From NCBI GenBank assembly GCA_051294375.1, contig CM119264.1:18917590-18981589 (forward strand): a stretch of 64,000 nt of DNA. The letters are read 5' to 3'. The translations under genes and the position numbers were made by a program. Shown here one piece after another: positions 27,642 to 39,792 of this stretch. Numbering within the stretch: position 1 is the first letter of the stretch; the number at the start of each line of letters is the position of its first letter. Below the pieces are notes generated by a model that worked only from the letters and a program-made list of their open reading frames with translations, was not told the DNA's origin and did not search any database. The DNA comes from Paraspadella gotoi. Its lineage: Eukaryota; Animalia; Chaetognatha.

Positions 27642-28654
27642 GATTATAAAAGAAAACCTAAAAATTAAAACGTACGTACAACGAAGAAAACAAATTAGAT
27701 TTTTCTTCGAGGTTACACGAGCAAATTACAAACATTTTGCTTTAAACGTATATTATAAAATAGGACAGTAGTAAAACAAAGTCGACGACAGCTTTGAAAA
27801 AATAGTTTGTTTCAACCTAAATCTATAAAACAGTAATAATATAAAACTAGCCAAGCAATTAGTAATTAATAATTCGATGAATGCAACACTCGGACTAGTG
27901 AGAGAGAGATCGTTAGTTGGCCGGACTTAAATTTATTAGTTATAGTTATTTATAGTTATATATGCCGTGAATAAGATGTGTAAATTTCGAGTACATCTGA
28001 GGAGCGTAACACTTTCTTGGATTAAAAAGATAAGACAGATTTGAAATTAAAAAAAATATGCAAAAACTTATGTATATATGTAAAATTTTTTTTATTCACC
28101 AAGAGAAAGCGAAATTATCATTTGTCCTTTGTGCCATTTTATTGATTTACTTTTACCAAAAAATCATGTAAAATAATGCCGGTTGTACCCCCTATGTATA
28201 CCGGCTGATATCTTCAATATTCATTCTGTATCATGGTTGAGCACTGGGTTTGTCAAAAGGGCCAGAGTTTGAAAATGCCACACAGGGACTTTTAGAAAAA
28301 CCGGCTAAAATCCGAGGTCATTTTAAATTTTCGGCCTTTCAAACTGAACAAAACTTTTTAATATGATAAAGTAGGTTAAATGTAATTAAGAAGTTTTTGA
28401 AAAAATGCATAAAAGCTAATAAAGTATCCACGATTTCTCAAAAAAAAAATTTCAGATATTTAAGACAACAACTTAATGAAAAATAACTAATTGATCAAAA
28501 AACATTTTCAAAGAATTAACACTTGCATATATGGCCCTAAGTGACAAACCCTGGTTGAGCAACGAGTTTTTCGAGGAATGCCAAAGAACAGAATTTAGAA
28601 AGCAATAAGGAAATTGTTCTGGCATAAAACGTCGAATAGTAATATATAGTAATA

Positions 28655-28915
28655 AAATATTCCCCGATCTAATACTTAAGAGGGTGGTCTTTTCATAAAA
28701 TTGAAACATTCTTTGAAATATTAGAACATTTTATTGATAGGGAAGCCAGGAACTCTGGGAGTGAATAAACGAGACTGTGAGAGTCTTGATTGAAAGCTTG
28801 TAGGGACCTGCTATGTCATTATCTTGTAAGAGTGATGGAGGCCTTAAAGCACCAAAGCCTGTCCAAAGTCATGGGAAATGAATGGATAATATTTATATTG
28901 GTTGTACCAATTTTA
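28655..28915. repeat. Dispersed ~260-bp repeat; other copies at 44455-44893 (tandem ~1.5x), 60135-60318 and partial ~24865-24900
   Basis: Shared gagtcttgattgaaagcttg...caccaaagcctgtccaaagtc...ttggttgtaccaattt. Confidence 0.75.
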
Positions 28916-29171
28916 TAAAAACATTTGTTTTTTTATAATTTTTAGCCGTTTTAAAATTTTTTTGTATCACAGACAAATATTTAACTATATAAAAATATTA
29001 AACTCAAGCCCCCTTTTTAAATTAACAATTTTATATTAAATTTTATTTTTAGAATCAATGCTGGCCGACGGGATTTGAAATCCCGAAGGAAAAAAAGATA
29101 AAAAATACAACGAACAAAGATCATCAGAGGGATATCGAAATAAAAAAGTCATAAACTTCCTGTTCTCGGTC

Positions 29172-32100
29172 TTATTCAGGAATAGATTGGGCTCGGGATT
29201 TTCCAAATACGGGGCCCCTTTTCGTGGGAGGGCCAGCGCCACTGGCTTCCGATCTCAGGATCAGAAATATTAGAAGGTCCGAAAGAGAGACGACGCCAAC
29301 TACTTTCTTGTTTTCGTCGACGACGACGAGACGGTGGACTTCGTGTCTTGCTATCCGCTCCGTCACCACGGCGACGCTCTCGCTTCGTTTGCACGTGATC
29401 ACGGCACCAAAAACGGAAGGCCTAATAATAGTATTTTAGTCAATTTAAAGGACAGAAACGGGTGATATGTAAAATTAAAATTGTAAATTTACAATTTCAC
29501 TCCCTCCCACGATCTCTTCCGCCGCTCAAATATTAATATTAATTAGTTAATTAAATATTAATTAATTAATGATTTGTTTGTTTATTTTGTTCATATTGTC
29601 TTGGGAACAGAATAGTAAAATATAATATATTTGTAGTAATATCCTTATAAAATAGTAAATTTTAAAAATAATTTTTTAAAAACTTTTAATAAAGATTCAG
29701 ATTCTTCATAAAACGTTGAATCAAAAATATAAAACATGTTGTCAAAAATTCTGTTATCTTCAGCATTTAAAACGGAAAAAAAGTGAATATTCATAATTTT
29801 TTTATTTTCTGTAGTAGAAACTCATATATGTTAAAACGTTTTAATAATTTTTTGTGATCCAAACATTAAAATATCATATAACATATTTTATAAAAGTTTA
29901 TTTTTTTTACGGCGAATCCAAATCTGTTCTTAAAAAATAGTGATCAAGTTCCCTCTCTCATTTCTCTGCCGTCGGTTCCCTGAGGGAAGCCTCCTCTCTG
30001 ATTGTCAATCTGAAAAAAAGGCGGAGAAGACAGGAGAGACAAGCTACTTGATAATCCATTCTCTGCATTGTCACCCCCCCCCTCCCATTGCGAGACCTTC
30101 TCTGGTCATTTGAGAATTGGTCGAGCGTGATCCTTATCCCAAGTCTATTCATCCATGTCTGTATATTGGCCCCTTGTCAAGCTCATAGGTCCACTTCAGG
30201 TGTAGATAAAGAGGCTGTGGAGAAGTCCACCATGGGAGTTATTGTTTTGTCATCCAGTGGTCATTGTGATGAAAGGGATTTAATCTGCCCATTTGTTTGG
30301 AGAACATGTAGTGCCTTCTTGGCTTTGCCAATGGGTTTAGCTGGTTGTATCTGCTTGTTAGGTTTTGGTGGATTGGTGGTGGTTTGATTTTAAGATCCAT
30401 CAGTTTTGGGATGATTCTGACAGGATCTGCTTGGTTTTTTTGTTTCTTTTCTTTCTCAACCTTTTTCTGCTCATGCTGCTTGTAATTTTTTGAATTGTTT
30501 GTACTAATATTTCTAAGGCTTGTCACTTCAGTAGTGAGTTTTCTCAGCTGGTCTTCTATGGAGTGAATTTTATCCTCTAGTTTTGCACAGGGAAGAGACA
30601 TTTGGTTGTAGCTGTGGGACGATTCTATTTTGTTGTTTTGAATGACAACTGTTTTTGATTTGATTGTTCGAATGTTCTCACATTTTTATGCATGTGCAAG
30701 GTCAGCTTGATCAGTTTGGTATAAATTAGAAATTTCATCAAATTGGAGAAATCGGGTAGAATCTGAATAGATTCGCTTGGGGCTTCCTCAGTTTGGGTTG
30801 AAATTGTATTGCTATGAGGGGGGACCCCTGAGTTTAAACTGTGTTTTGAGGTATTTGATTTGTGTGTCTTCTTTTTGTGCAGGGTTCTGACTTAAAACCT
30901 GTATATGGCCCAGAGAATATTTTGGCAAATACCTGTTCTATGCTAAGTTTCTTGGGTTGTAGTGCATGTTTTTGTTCTTCTTGGGTTTTGTGGCTAGTCG
31001 CTTCAAGCTCTTTTTCTTCCTCTGTGGTTTTTTCTACATTGTTTTTTTCTTTATCTTTACGTTTGTCTTTGTCTTCAGTACCTTCAGATTTTGAATGGTT
31101 AGGTACTTTAATTTGTGCCATTATAATTCACCTGCTAAACGTAATTCCTCTTCTTTTTTTCTTTTCTCCTTCTTTCTTCTTCCTTTCTTTTTTCTTTTTC
31201 TTCTTTTATTTTCTTTTCTTGGGATAAACGATCAAATTCATCTTTAAAAATGATGCCATCTTTAATGTCATAGCACTTAATGTACAAACCATAACTTTTT
31301 CTGGTTTTATCAAATAACATGTTTTCACAGTTGTGGAGTTCGTCTTAGATTGAATGGGTACAATATCCATTTGCCAAGGTTTGGTTTGTGATTCTATTGG
31401 AAGATCATAGGAGGAGCTTGGGCTTCTAAATAAAAGTCGAGCCTCATGAGTTAAGTTATTTTGAAATAGTTTCATTACTCCTAAGTGTGGTCCATCAAAC
31501 GTTGAGGGGGCTGAATAGTACTTGTCATAAAGATGTCATTTCTTAAAGATTATTTCATCTTCATTGGGTAGTGACGTGGGAATATAGTAAGGTGGGGGAT
31601 GAGCCTGGTGGCTGCACTTTCAAAGTGATTTTGCTTGGTAGTTGTTGGTTCGTTTATTGTTTTGTTTCTTTGTGTGGAGCATTTCTTTTAAAGGGTGAGA
31701 GAGAAATATTGTTTTTAATGTCGCGACTTTGGCTTTGGCTTCTTTTTATTCTGGATAGCATTAAAAGGGAGAGATCGAGTTTGTCTTTTGTGTATGGGAG
31801 AATTCTGGGTCACGTGACGGCGTGGCTCAGAGAGAAAACACATGGCCATTGGGAAAGTCCGATAGGCGATCTTTTGTTAAATTTAGCGTAGTTTTTTCAA
31901 AGAATCCAATGTAAATGGGGGGGGGCGGCCGTTGGAATTTAAAAATTCTCTTTTTAATAGTCTGGGAATATAGGATTGTTTTTATGAGCTTTAAATGTTG
32001 AAGAAATGTTTTTTTGTTTATGTAGCTTAAATTTAATTTTCCTAAAGATATGCCTTTTTTGAGAGATTGAGGGATTTTATTATTTTTTTATTTTTTTTTG

Positions 32101-34232
32101 CACTCAGGCTACGTTTAAATGCACTCCTGAATTCGCAAAATGGGTATTGTTTTTAAATTTTCAGTCTTGATTTTATTCCTTATAACGTCGTTTTTTGTGG
32201 TTCGTTTTTAACTTTTTAAAAAATTGTTGGTCAAATCTTTTTTATTTTTTTTTTAAATTTATTTTTATATATATATTTTGAGTAGACAAATCGGGAGGTT
32301 TACGTAGGATGACGTAATTCTTTTTGGTAGGGTAGCGTAATTTTTGATGGAGGGTAGCATAATTTTGGTAGAGTTGTCTTCTTAGGAGGCGTGGTGAGTC
32401 TAATCCAGTCGTCACCACAACCAAGGAAGTAGGTGTAGTTTATTAAGGGAGAAATAGGAGGAGTTTTATTGACATCAGAACACGTTGGGATGTTGATAAT
32501 TAACATACAAAATATGTAGATTATGCAGAGAAAAGGCAGCCAAACAATATAACAAATAGTCCATAAGGAGTTTGATGTTAGTTTCTTGAAGGTAAGTTGA
32601 AGAGTGATCAAGTTCCCTCTCTCGTTTCTCTGCTGTCGGTTTCCTGAGGGAAGCCTCCTCTCTGATTGGTCAATCAGAAGAAAAGACGGAGAAGCCAAGA
32701 GAGACAAGCTACTTGATAATCCATTCTCTGCGTTGATTTAATGACAATTTTTTATTCACTTACCATCAAAATATTGAAAAAAACAGTTATACTTATTCTT
32801 GCAGACTTTTTATAAGTTCTCGGAATCTATTAAAATTTATAAAAAAACAGTTTTGGCTTTCATATCTAATATTATCTATAAATTTTAAAAAGTTAATTAC
32901 TAGGGTATAGAGTCATATTAAAATTTTTTTCTCCATCTAAAGTTTACTTAAAACTGTCTAAATTTTCATTTGAGCAGGTACTCGCCCCCTAATCTAAAGA
33001 AACTTATTAAACCTAAACCGCGAGCTCTTCACCGTCTGCGTCTTCAGTGTACTGTACAACCAAACTTACCGTTTAGCCAACGCCTCCCCCATTGTCATTT
33101 GCGGATCGCATTTCTTCTGGGCCGCCAAATGAATGACGTCAAATTTTGAATAAATGTCGAGCAACTCGCCGTTGGAAGCCAAAACTGGCAACGCGGACAC
33201 TCGTCGTCTAACAGGAGCAGATTAACTCAGTTAGAAACTTAATATAAAATAATGGACCGAATTACCCGATAAAAAGGTGCAAAGCGTCAAGAAGTTTCGT
33301 TTCCCTCGTAACCGAGGCCAAATTCTTAAAAGTTCCAATATTGAGGTCACCGATGGGCTGATGCATGAATTTTGGTACTGGCAAGTCATAGATGTATAGA
33401 AAAAGAAAGCGAAGAAGTCGTTTGTGGGTTAAAATGTAAAGCGGATCTCCAGACAATGGATCCATAAGAGGAAGTCGGTGAACCTGCAATCGGAAATTTT
33501 TTTTGATTAAAAGTCAAAGAACTCGTCGATCTTCGCTGACTGCGCAAACCTTGTGGCTTATAAGTCTATCCAGCGCAGCGTATAGACTTTCGTCAGGATC
33601 CATACCGATGAAGGGATGTTTCCGCTTTTGCAAGAGTCGGCACCAAGTATTAATGCTCTCGCCGTCCATGTCTCTTAACACAGGCGAAGTTTCTCTTTCG
33701 AATCCGCCCGACTCCTGCGCTTGGGATTTTTTTTCCCACACTTCACGATGTCGTTCGTCCTCGAACCTCATTATTAGGAGATTGATGAAATCAGTGATGG
33801 TCAACATGCCGACGAACTCTTGCTTGGAGGAGTCCCAGAGGGGTGCTGCTCGCAGCCCGTTGTAACGGAGAGCGAAGAAAGCCTTGGTAAAATGTAAGCA
33901 GTTGAAAGCTCGAAAAGAATAAAAGCTGGCGCGTTCCTATTTCGGCGCCCTCAAATGCTTTTTGTAAAGATACTATTGATACGTTTCCTTACTTTTTCGA
34001 TCATGAGCTCCGTGTCTAAAACAATGAGCTTGGAACTATGAGGAACGGTATCCCAACATTTGTAAGATTTAAAAAAAACCGAATACAAGTCGTCGAGGTT
34101 CTTGATGCTTTTCAGGCCGATCTTTTCATGAAGCTGGGCCTGTTTGTGTAACAGATTCGCCTTTGGGTAGCAAAATGGAGTGATGGGAGTTTTGTCGTCC
34201 GCGTCATCTTCAAACTCAGAGGAATGCTTCAT
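29172..34232 (-). CDS. PRKAG: AMP-activated protein kinase gamma subunit. Exons 33993-34232, 33550-33882, 33266-33483, 33070-33207, 29172-29421
   Basis: Four CBS domains: SSKLIVLDT, AFFAL..NGLRAAPLWDS, GMLTITDFI, KVHRLP, YILTHKRLLRFL, RRVSALPV, IYSKFDVI, HEVHRLVVVD, GVVSLSD. Confidence 0.93.
29941..32735 (-). mobile_element. Degenerate LTR retroelement relic in AMPK gamma intron 4
   Basis: ~130-bp direct repeats 29941-30073 and 32605-32735; on minus a polypurine tract GGGAGGGGGGGGG (30074-30086) abuts TG..CA of the 3' repeat; broken charged/coiled-coil ORFs inside; no RT motif seen. Confidence 0.65.
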
Positions 34233-34363
34233 CGTGATCAGCGAACGAGCATCTTATGTTATAAATAGTCTTTATGTCAACGTGTTTGCTTTGTTCAAGG
34301 AAACGACATCCTCTGATCAAAAGAAAAAAGTGACCATGCATAAAAAAATTAAAAAATAAGCGA

Positions 34364-34903
34364 TTAAAAGTTTTCATCTTCGTCGTCCTCGGCGACTCCA
34401 CAAGGAGCGTTCAAAGCCGCCAACGTCACTTCCGGCTTTCCACCGCGCAACGGTGTCGTGTCCCGAGGGTCAGGGGACAAAGGCGCCTCCGTGAGTGAAG
34501 ATGGCGACATTGTATTCGAAGGCGGGTACAAAAAAATATCGGGCAACAGGGACATTGAAGGAATAACGGGGGCGGGTTCTTGTAATTGAACTGCGTCTCT
34601 CGAAGAAATGGTAGAATGTAACTTAAAGGAAATTTGGTCGGCTGTTGAATCGGTTCGTGCAATTTGTTGCATAAGGATGGTTTTACGACAGTCTTCCGCG
34701 GAGGGAAGCACGTTTGATTGTTTCCCTTTTGACGTGACTATTTTTTTACCACGTTTTGAAATTCTTCCGAAATTGATAGCTTTTTCTCCCGATGTAGCGA
34801 TTTTGTAGGCGGGATCGTGAAGACGCATCGCGGCGTCACCGAGCTCAGAAAAAACCGAGCCAGCGGCCAGGAAAAGTTCGCCAACTTGTGCAGCTGATGT
34901 CAT
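34364..34903 (-). CDS. BAP18: BAP18 (C17orf49)-like chromatin complex subunit, intronless and divergent
   Basis: N-terminus MTSAAQVGELFLAAGSVFSELGDAAMRLH matches BAP18 MTSASTKVGEIFSAAGAAFTKLGELTMQLH; C-terminal EVTLAALN matches DVTLSALN. Confidence 0.75.
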   Translation of the reverse strand: MTSAAQVGELFLAAGSVFSELGDAAMRLHDPAYKIATSGEKAINFGRISKRGKKIVTSKGKQSNVLPSAEDCRKTILMQQIARTDSTADQISFKLHSTISSRDAVQLQEPAPVIPSMSLLPDIFLYPPSNTMSPSSLTEAPLSPDPRDTTPLRGGKPEVTLAALNAPCGVAEDDEDENF

Positions 34904-35471
34904 TGCTATTTATAAGGTTATGAATGATAAACAAATTGGAAAGAATATTACCGAAATTATTGCAAAATGAGACTTTCTCCCGAGAGACAGAAATTAAAAC
35001 AAAAACCGTCATAATACAAACACTGCAAAGAACAAAAACAAATATTGCTGAAATATGTCTTATACAAAAGAATTTATAATATAATTCGTAAATAATTATC
35101 TACAAGATTATGTAACATTACGATTTTTAGGAAACTCCATAACAAAGAGCTACTCGCATTGTGCAGATCAGAGATTTAATTTAGTTAACGATTACGTTTT
35201 ATGTAAAAAGTTAAAAATATTGCCGTACAACTATTTTTTTTTTTGGAATAGAACTTTCAGTGTAAATGACATTTTAACTCAGTTCGGAAAATTTTTCATC
35301 AGCAGTGTGACGCATCAAATAGGTTTTAACTTTCATGCATTATCTTAATGTCGCGACTAATGTTATCTTGCATTAAAATAATTTATAAGCAAACGTAGAC
35401 CCAAAGGTCCCCCAGAAATAATAGGATGTCTCAACGGAGCAGAGCCGCATTTATTTTAGGATTTTTACCCA

Positions 35472-37520
35472 TCACGTGTTTTTTAACGAGAATCCGATTT
35501 TAGGTCTCGTGTTGCCTTTTTTGTTCAAGATGATGGCTTGCTCTTCTCTTACAGCCCGCTTTCTTTCGTCTTCCAATCGTTGTCTTTCCTCCAACAATTT
35601 GCGTTGTTCCTCGACGATGGCTTGGCGCTCCTCTTCGAGTTTTCTTCTAGAGTCATCAATTTCTCGCTTGTTTTCTGCGAGCCGTCGCTCCATCAGCTCG
35701 CGTTCCTTTTTCCCCTGCTCCTCCTTCGAACGTTGGGCCTCGAGCTCTGCTTCGCGTTGTCGCTCCAATTCCTCCAATAACTGATCGAGAAAAATAACTT
35801 TTAAAACAATATACTCACAAATTCTAGAAATAAATTTTTCACAAAATTTTTTTCACCCACCTCTTTTATCTTTTAGTCTTTTCACGAATTTCTCAATGAA
35901 TTCACTAAGATTTTCAAGAACGGTATTATTTTTATAGTTTGGGAGCAAAAAACTAAATAAATTTACATCCAGATAGTTAGCTTGGGAAAAATGTTCCTCT
36001 GGCTACCTTTTAAAAATAAATATTATAAAGAAATCCATGACCTTACTAACTAATAACGTTGAAAATCCGGGAGATTTACGATTTCAAATTTTTAAAGATC
36101 GACATGAAATTTAGGTTGAATGTGCGACAATTAACCTACGGTCCTAGCTTTACTGCCCCCACATTATACTTAAATTGACTAAAGTAAATAACAGCGAGCC
36201 CATTTTGAGACACTTTATTCAGCAATTCATGTCGATGATCAGATTTTCTCACGCCCAATCAACTTACCTGCTGTTCCATAAGAGATTTGGCCTCCTCGAC
36301 CCTTCTTAAAACCTCCGCCTCGATCTCTTCCTTCCTCCTCTCCATTTCTTCGGCCACGCGCTCGGCGACCAACTCTTCCACCCGCTTCTCCACCTATAAG
36401 GCATAAATTTGACTTCAGTACGAATTCTCTTGAGCAAATTTTCGCGTTTCCATTGAGCATGACGGGGAGAAAAGACAAACATTTTCAACGATTCACCCGA
36501 GGGACGAAATTGGTTCGGGGAGCATATTCTCGGGTAGACCGTCGATAATTAGAGAAAAAGTGTGAAATGAGGTTTAAGCCAATTGAAATATTAATTATGG
36601 AAGTGTCTAAATCAAGAATACCCTTGTTACCTCGCAACCTGAAACCAACCAAAGGCAGATATTTTCCGTCGAGGTGAATACCACCTATAACACAAGGGCT
36701 CTTCGATCCTCTGGCAAAACTCGGAAAGAGTGGTGTATCAAAACATCTCTTCTCAAAATCGCAAAAAAGCTACGAGGATTGCTGAAAAGAAGAAATCCCT
36801 TTTCTCTTCTCCTGCGGGGGAGGAAATATTTTTGCAGCGTGTTCTTTGATCTCGCGAGGGTCGTCCGAGTCCGAAGACCGTCGTGTTTTATGTTCAAGGT
36901 TCTTTTTTTTTGTCGCATGAAGGCGGGACTTTTTAAAATTAAAAAGGTTCTTGGCAAGGACGAAAATGATTATGTTACGGATCCCTATTAAAACCGCGTG
37001 TTTGTAGAGAAAGGGGGAAGGGAGTGAAGATTTTCTCCCGATACTCTTTCTCGCCTTCCCCGTTTTGAGTCGGTTGAAACCGTCCTACCTCTTCGGCCAG
37101 CATCCGATCCTGCATCTCCGCTTCGCGAATCTGGCGTTGCCGCTCGTACTCCGCCTTTCTCGCGTCCTCCTCCTCTTTTTTCTTGGCCGCCGCGGCCGCC
37201 TGCTCCCGACGAGAAATAGTTCGCCCGAAAATGTCCACGCGCTCGGGCGAAGGGGAGGAGGAGCGAGGGCGGCCGGAACCACCAGCACGGGGCTTGTCCT
37301 CCTTGGGAGAACGAGATCGACGAGCGGACTTTCTTTCCCGTGATTTGGATCGGGATCGGCTATAGAGAGACCAAAATAATTTAACTGACGTAGAATTTGT
37401 ACGATGAATGAAAGAGAACACAATAGAAAGTTGGGAAACTTACCTTCGATGCTTTTTGTGTTTGCTGCGACTGTGTTTATGCCTAAATGAGGCGGGTGAG
37501 CGGCTTCGGGAACGTGCCAT
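35472..37520 (-). CDS. ARGLU1: Arginine and glutamate-rich protein 1. Exons 37444-37520, 37089-37359, 36268-36393, 35472-35780
   Basis: RS-rich N-terminus, ERVDIFGRTISRR, RVEELVAERV.EE..RRKEEIEAEVLRRVEEAK, C-terminal EQAIILNKKGNTRPKIGFSL. Confidence 0.93.
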
Positions 37521-37619
37521 TTTTAGAAATTTCTACTAAAATATTAACAATGAAAGCGAATTACAATTTTTCTATAAAACACAAATAACAATATAAGTAT
37601 AATAATAATTTTAAAATTT

Positions 37620-39792
37620 TCACTTTTTCGCCATTTTTTTCAAATCATTGTCCACCCGTTCTTCAATCATCTTCTCCATTAACTCCTTGACTTCTTCAAT
37701 GTTTGCAGAACTGATGCAATCGACTCCAACAGCGTCTTCGACGCAAAGAAAACCATCGGCGAGTAACAAATCATTGAGCTCGTGCTTGATTTGTTCCACT
37801 ACGGGCGGACCATGGTAAACCATCGAAGTGTAAAGTTGAACGAGAGAGGCCCCGGCACGAATCTTGGCATAAGCATCGGCTCCGGTGAAAACGCCGCCAC
37901 AACCTGCAGTTAAAAATAAAAGCATTTTATATACTATTACGAATTAACTGGTATATATAAATTTGTATAAATTTGCCAAAATGCTTACCGATAATGGGAA
38001 TCTTTCCACCAGTTTCTCTGTAAACCATAGAGATCATGTTTGTCGACATTTCCTGAAGCGGCTTTCCTGACAAACCTCCAGACTCAGTCGACAAATTGCT
38101 ACGCAGAGTTGGTGATCGCGTCACAGTGGTGTTTGAAATGATTACGCCAGAAACCCCACCTTGACTGTTTTACAAAGGAAAATGAATTGATTTGATTAAA
38201 AATTTATTTCAGAACACACATCAGACTCATTAAGTTCTTCATATTACAGAATTAGGTCAATATTAGGAAAAAATCTTTAATATTGGATTCAGGAAAATGA
38301 AATTCGAAAAAATTCTTATTAGAGGTGGAAGAACACTTGGGAAGAAAAGATTTTTTTAAAAAAGTAGAAGAATTGTCGCAAAGTCAAATATATTTAAATA
38401 AAGTTTAGGTTATTTCCAGTAAACTTACCTTTGCATTAAAACTTGAATAACATCTTTTAAATCATCTTCATTCAAATCCGGTGAGATTTTTAACAACAAA
38501 GGAGTGGTGGATTTCATATCGTTCATCTTTTCGAGCACATCCTGAAGAAGCTTTTCTAAGACGCTTTTGGCCTGCATGTCTCTCAAACCAGGTGTGTTTG
38601 GCGACGAAATATTGACAACGAGGTAATCGGCAACATCTGAAAAGACTCCGGCGCCTTGAACGTAATCCTTAGCTCCAGACGTTTTGTTCATTCCCAAATT
38701 GACGCCTAGAAGGGGTCCTGATTTAGCGAAGCGCGAGAGAGGGGACTCATCGCCAACGTTGGAGGAGAAGTTGGAATTAAGTGAGTTCTTCGCATCCTCG
38801 ACAGGGTTGTGATCTTGTTGGTACCGGACAGAGCGCGAAATGCCCGAAGATTTTGGATAATCATTTCTGTAATCGACGATACGGTTCAAAACGACTTCGT
38901 GACCTTCGCTTGGAAATCCGTATCGATTAATGACGGCTTCGTCCTTGGAAAGACCAATTTCGGGTTGAAGTTACTCTCAAAGCCCATTTCGAGATCGTTT
39001 CTACGTTGTACCCACTTCGGTCAAGCGAAAGACCCTTGGCTTCTCGTTTCCCTCTTGAGGTAGCGGAGTGATGCTCCCGATTTCGACGAAGCCGAAACCC
39101 ATCCTTCCGAGCCCTCGAATCGCAACGGCGTTCTTGTCGCAGCCGGCGGCTAATCCTATCGGATTAGAAAAAACCCGTCCGAAAGCTTCGGTTCGGAGTA
39201 ACGGGTAGTCTTTCATCTACAACAAAATATTGAGAGATTAAAGTTAAAATTTCGAAGTCATAAGTTATATTCTATAAATCTATGATTTACAAGGTTTTCT
39301 ACATATTTTTACAATTACAAGATTTTTACAATATTGAAAATTGCAAGATTATTATATTACACTAATCTTTGAAAAACAATATTCTTAAAAAGTAAATATA
39401 TTTTACACGAATCAAAAATTACTTATTATTTTTACTTTATGTGAGGGGGAGAGGGAAATAATGTTAATGGTAATGGTAATGGTAATGGTACACACCTTTA
39501 AACGAATTGGAATTATGTTTAAGCTAGCGATTTTCAGTAATAAAACGTGAGCAGTTTCCTCGTCGACGAGACTATGCACAGTAGGCAATAGAATTCTACG
39601 ATAAAAGTGCTCATCGCCGAAAAGGATGGCACCACAGATGTATGAGACGGCTGTAGCGGAAGAGATAAACAACGTCGAATAAAGTTTGTTAACTTTCGCG
39701 TAAGGGTTCTCGCCAGATGTGTTTCTAGAGTTCTTCAATCCATTAATGATACATGGACGTAGGAAATTAGACAATGTTCGAGCGCGCATCAT
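37620..39792 (-). CDS. DHODH: Mitochondrial class 2 dihydroorotate dehydrogenase. Exons 39496-39792, 39016-39216, 38429-38943, 37989-38164, 37620-37903
   Basis: [80 protein letters not shown]. Confidence 0.95.

Noticed and set aside
26875-27771. Proline-rich + strand ORFs
   Set aside because: Antisense shadows of the GAR1 RGG codons
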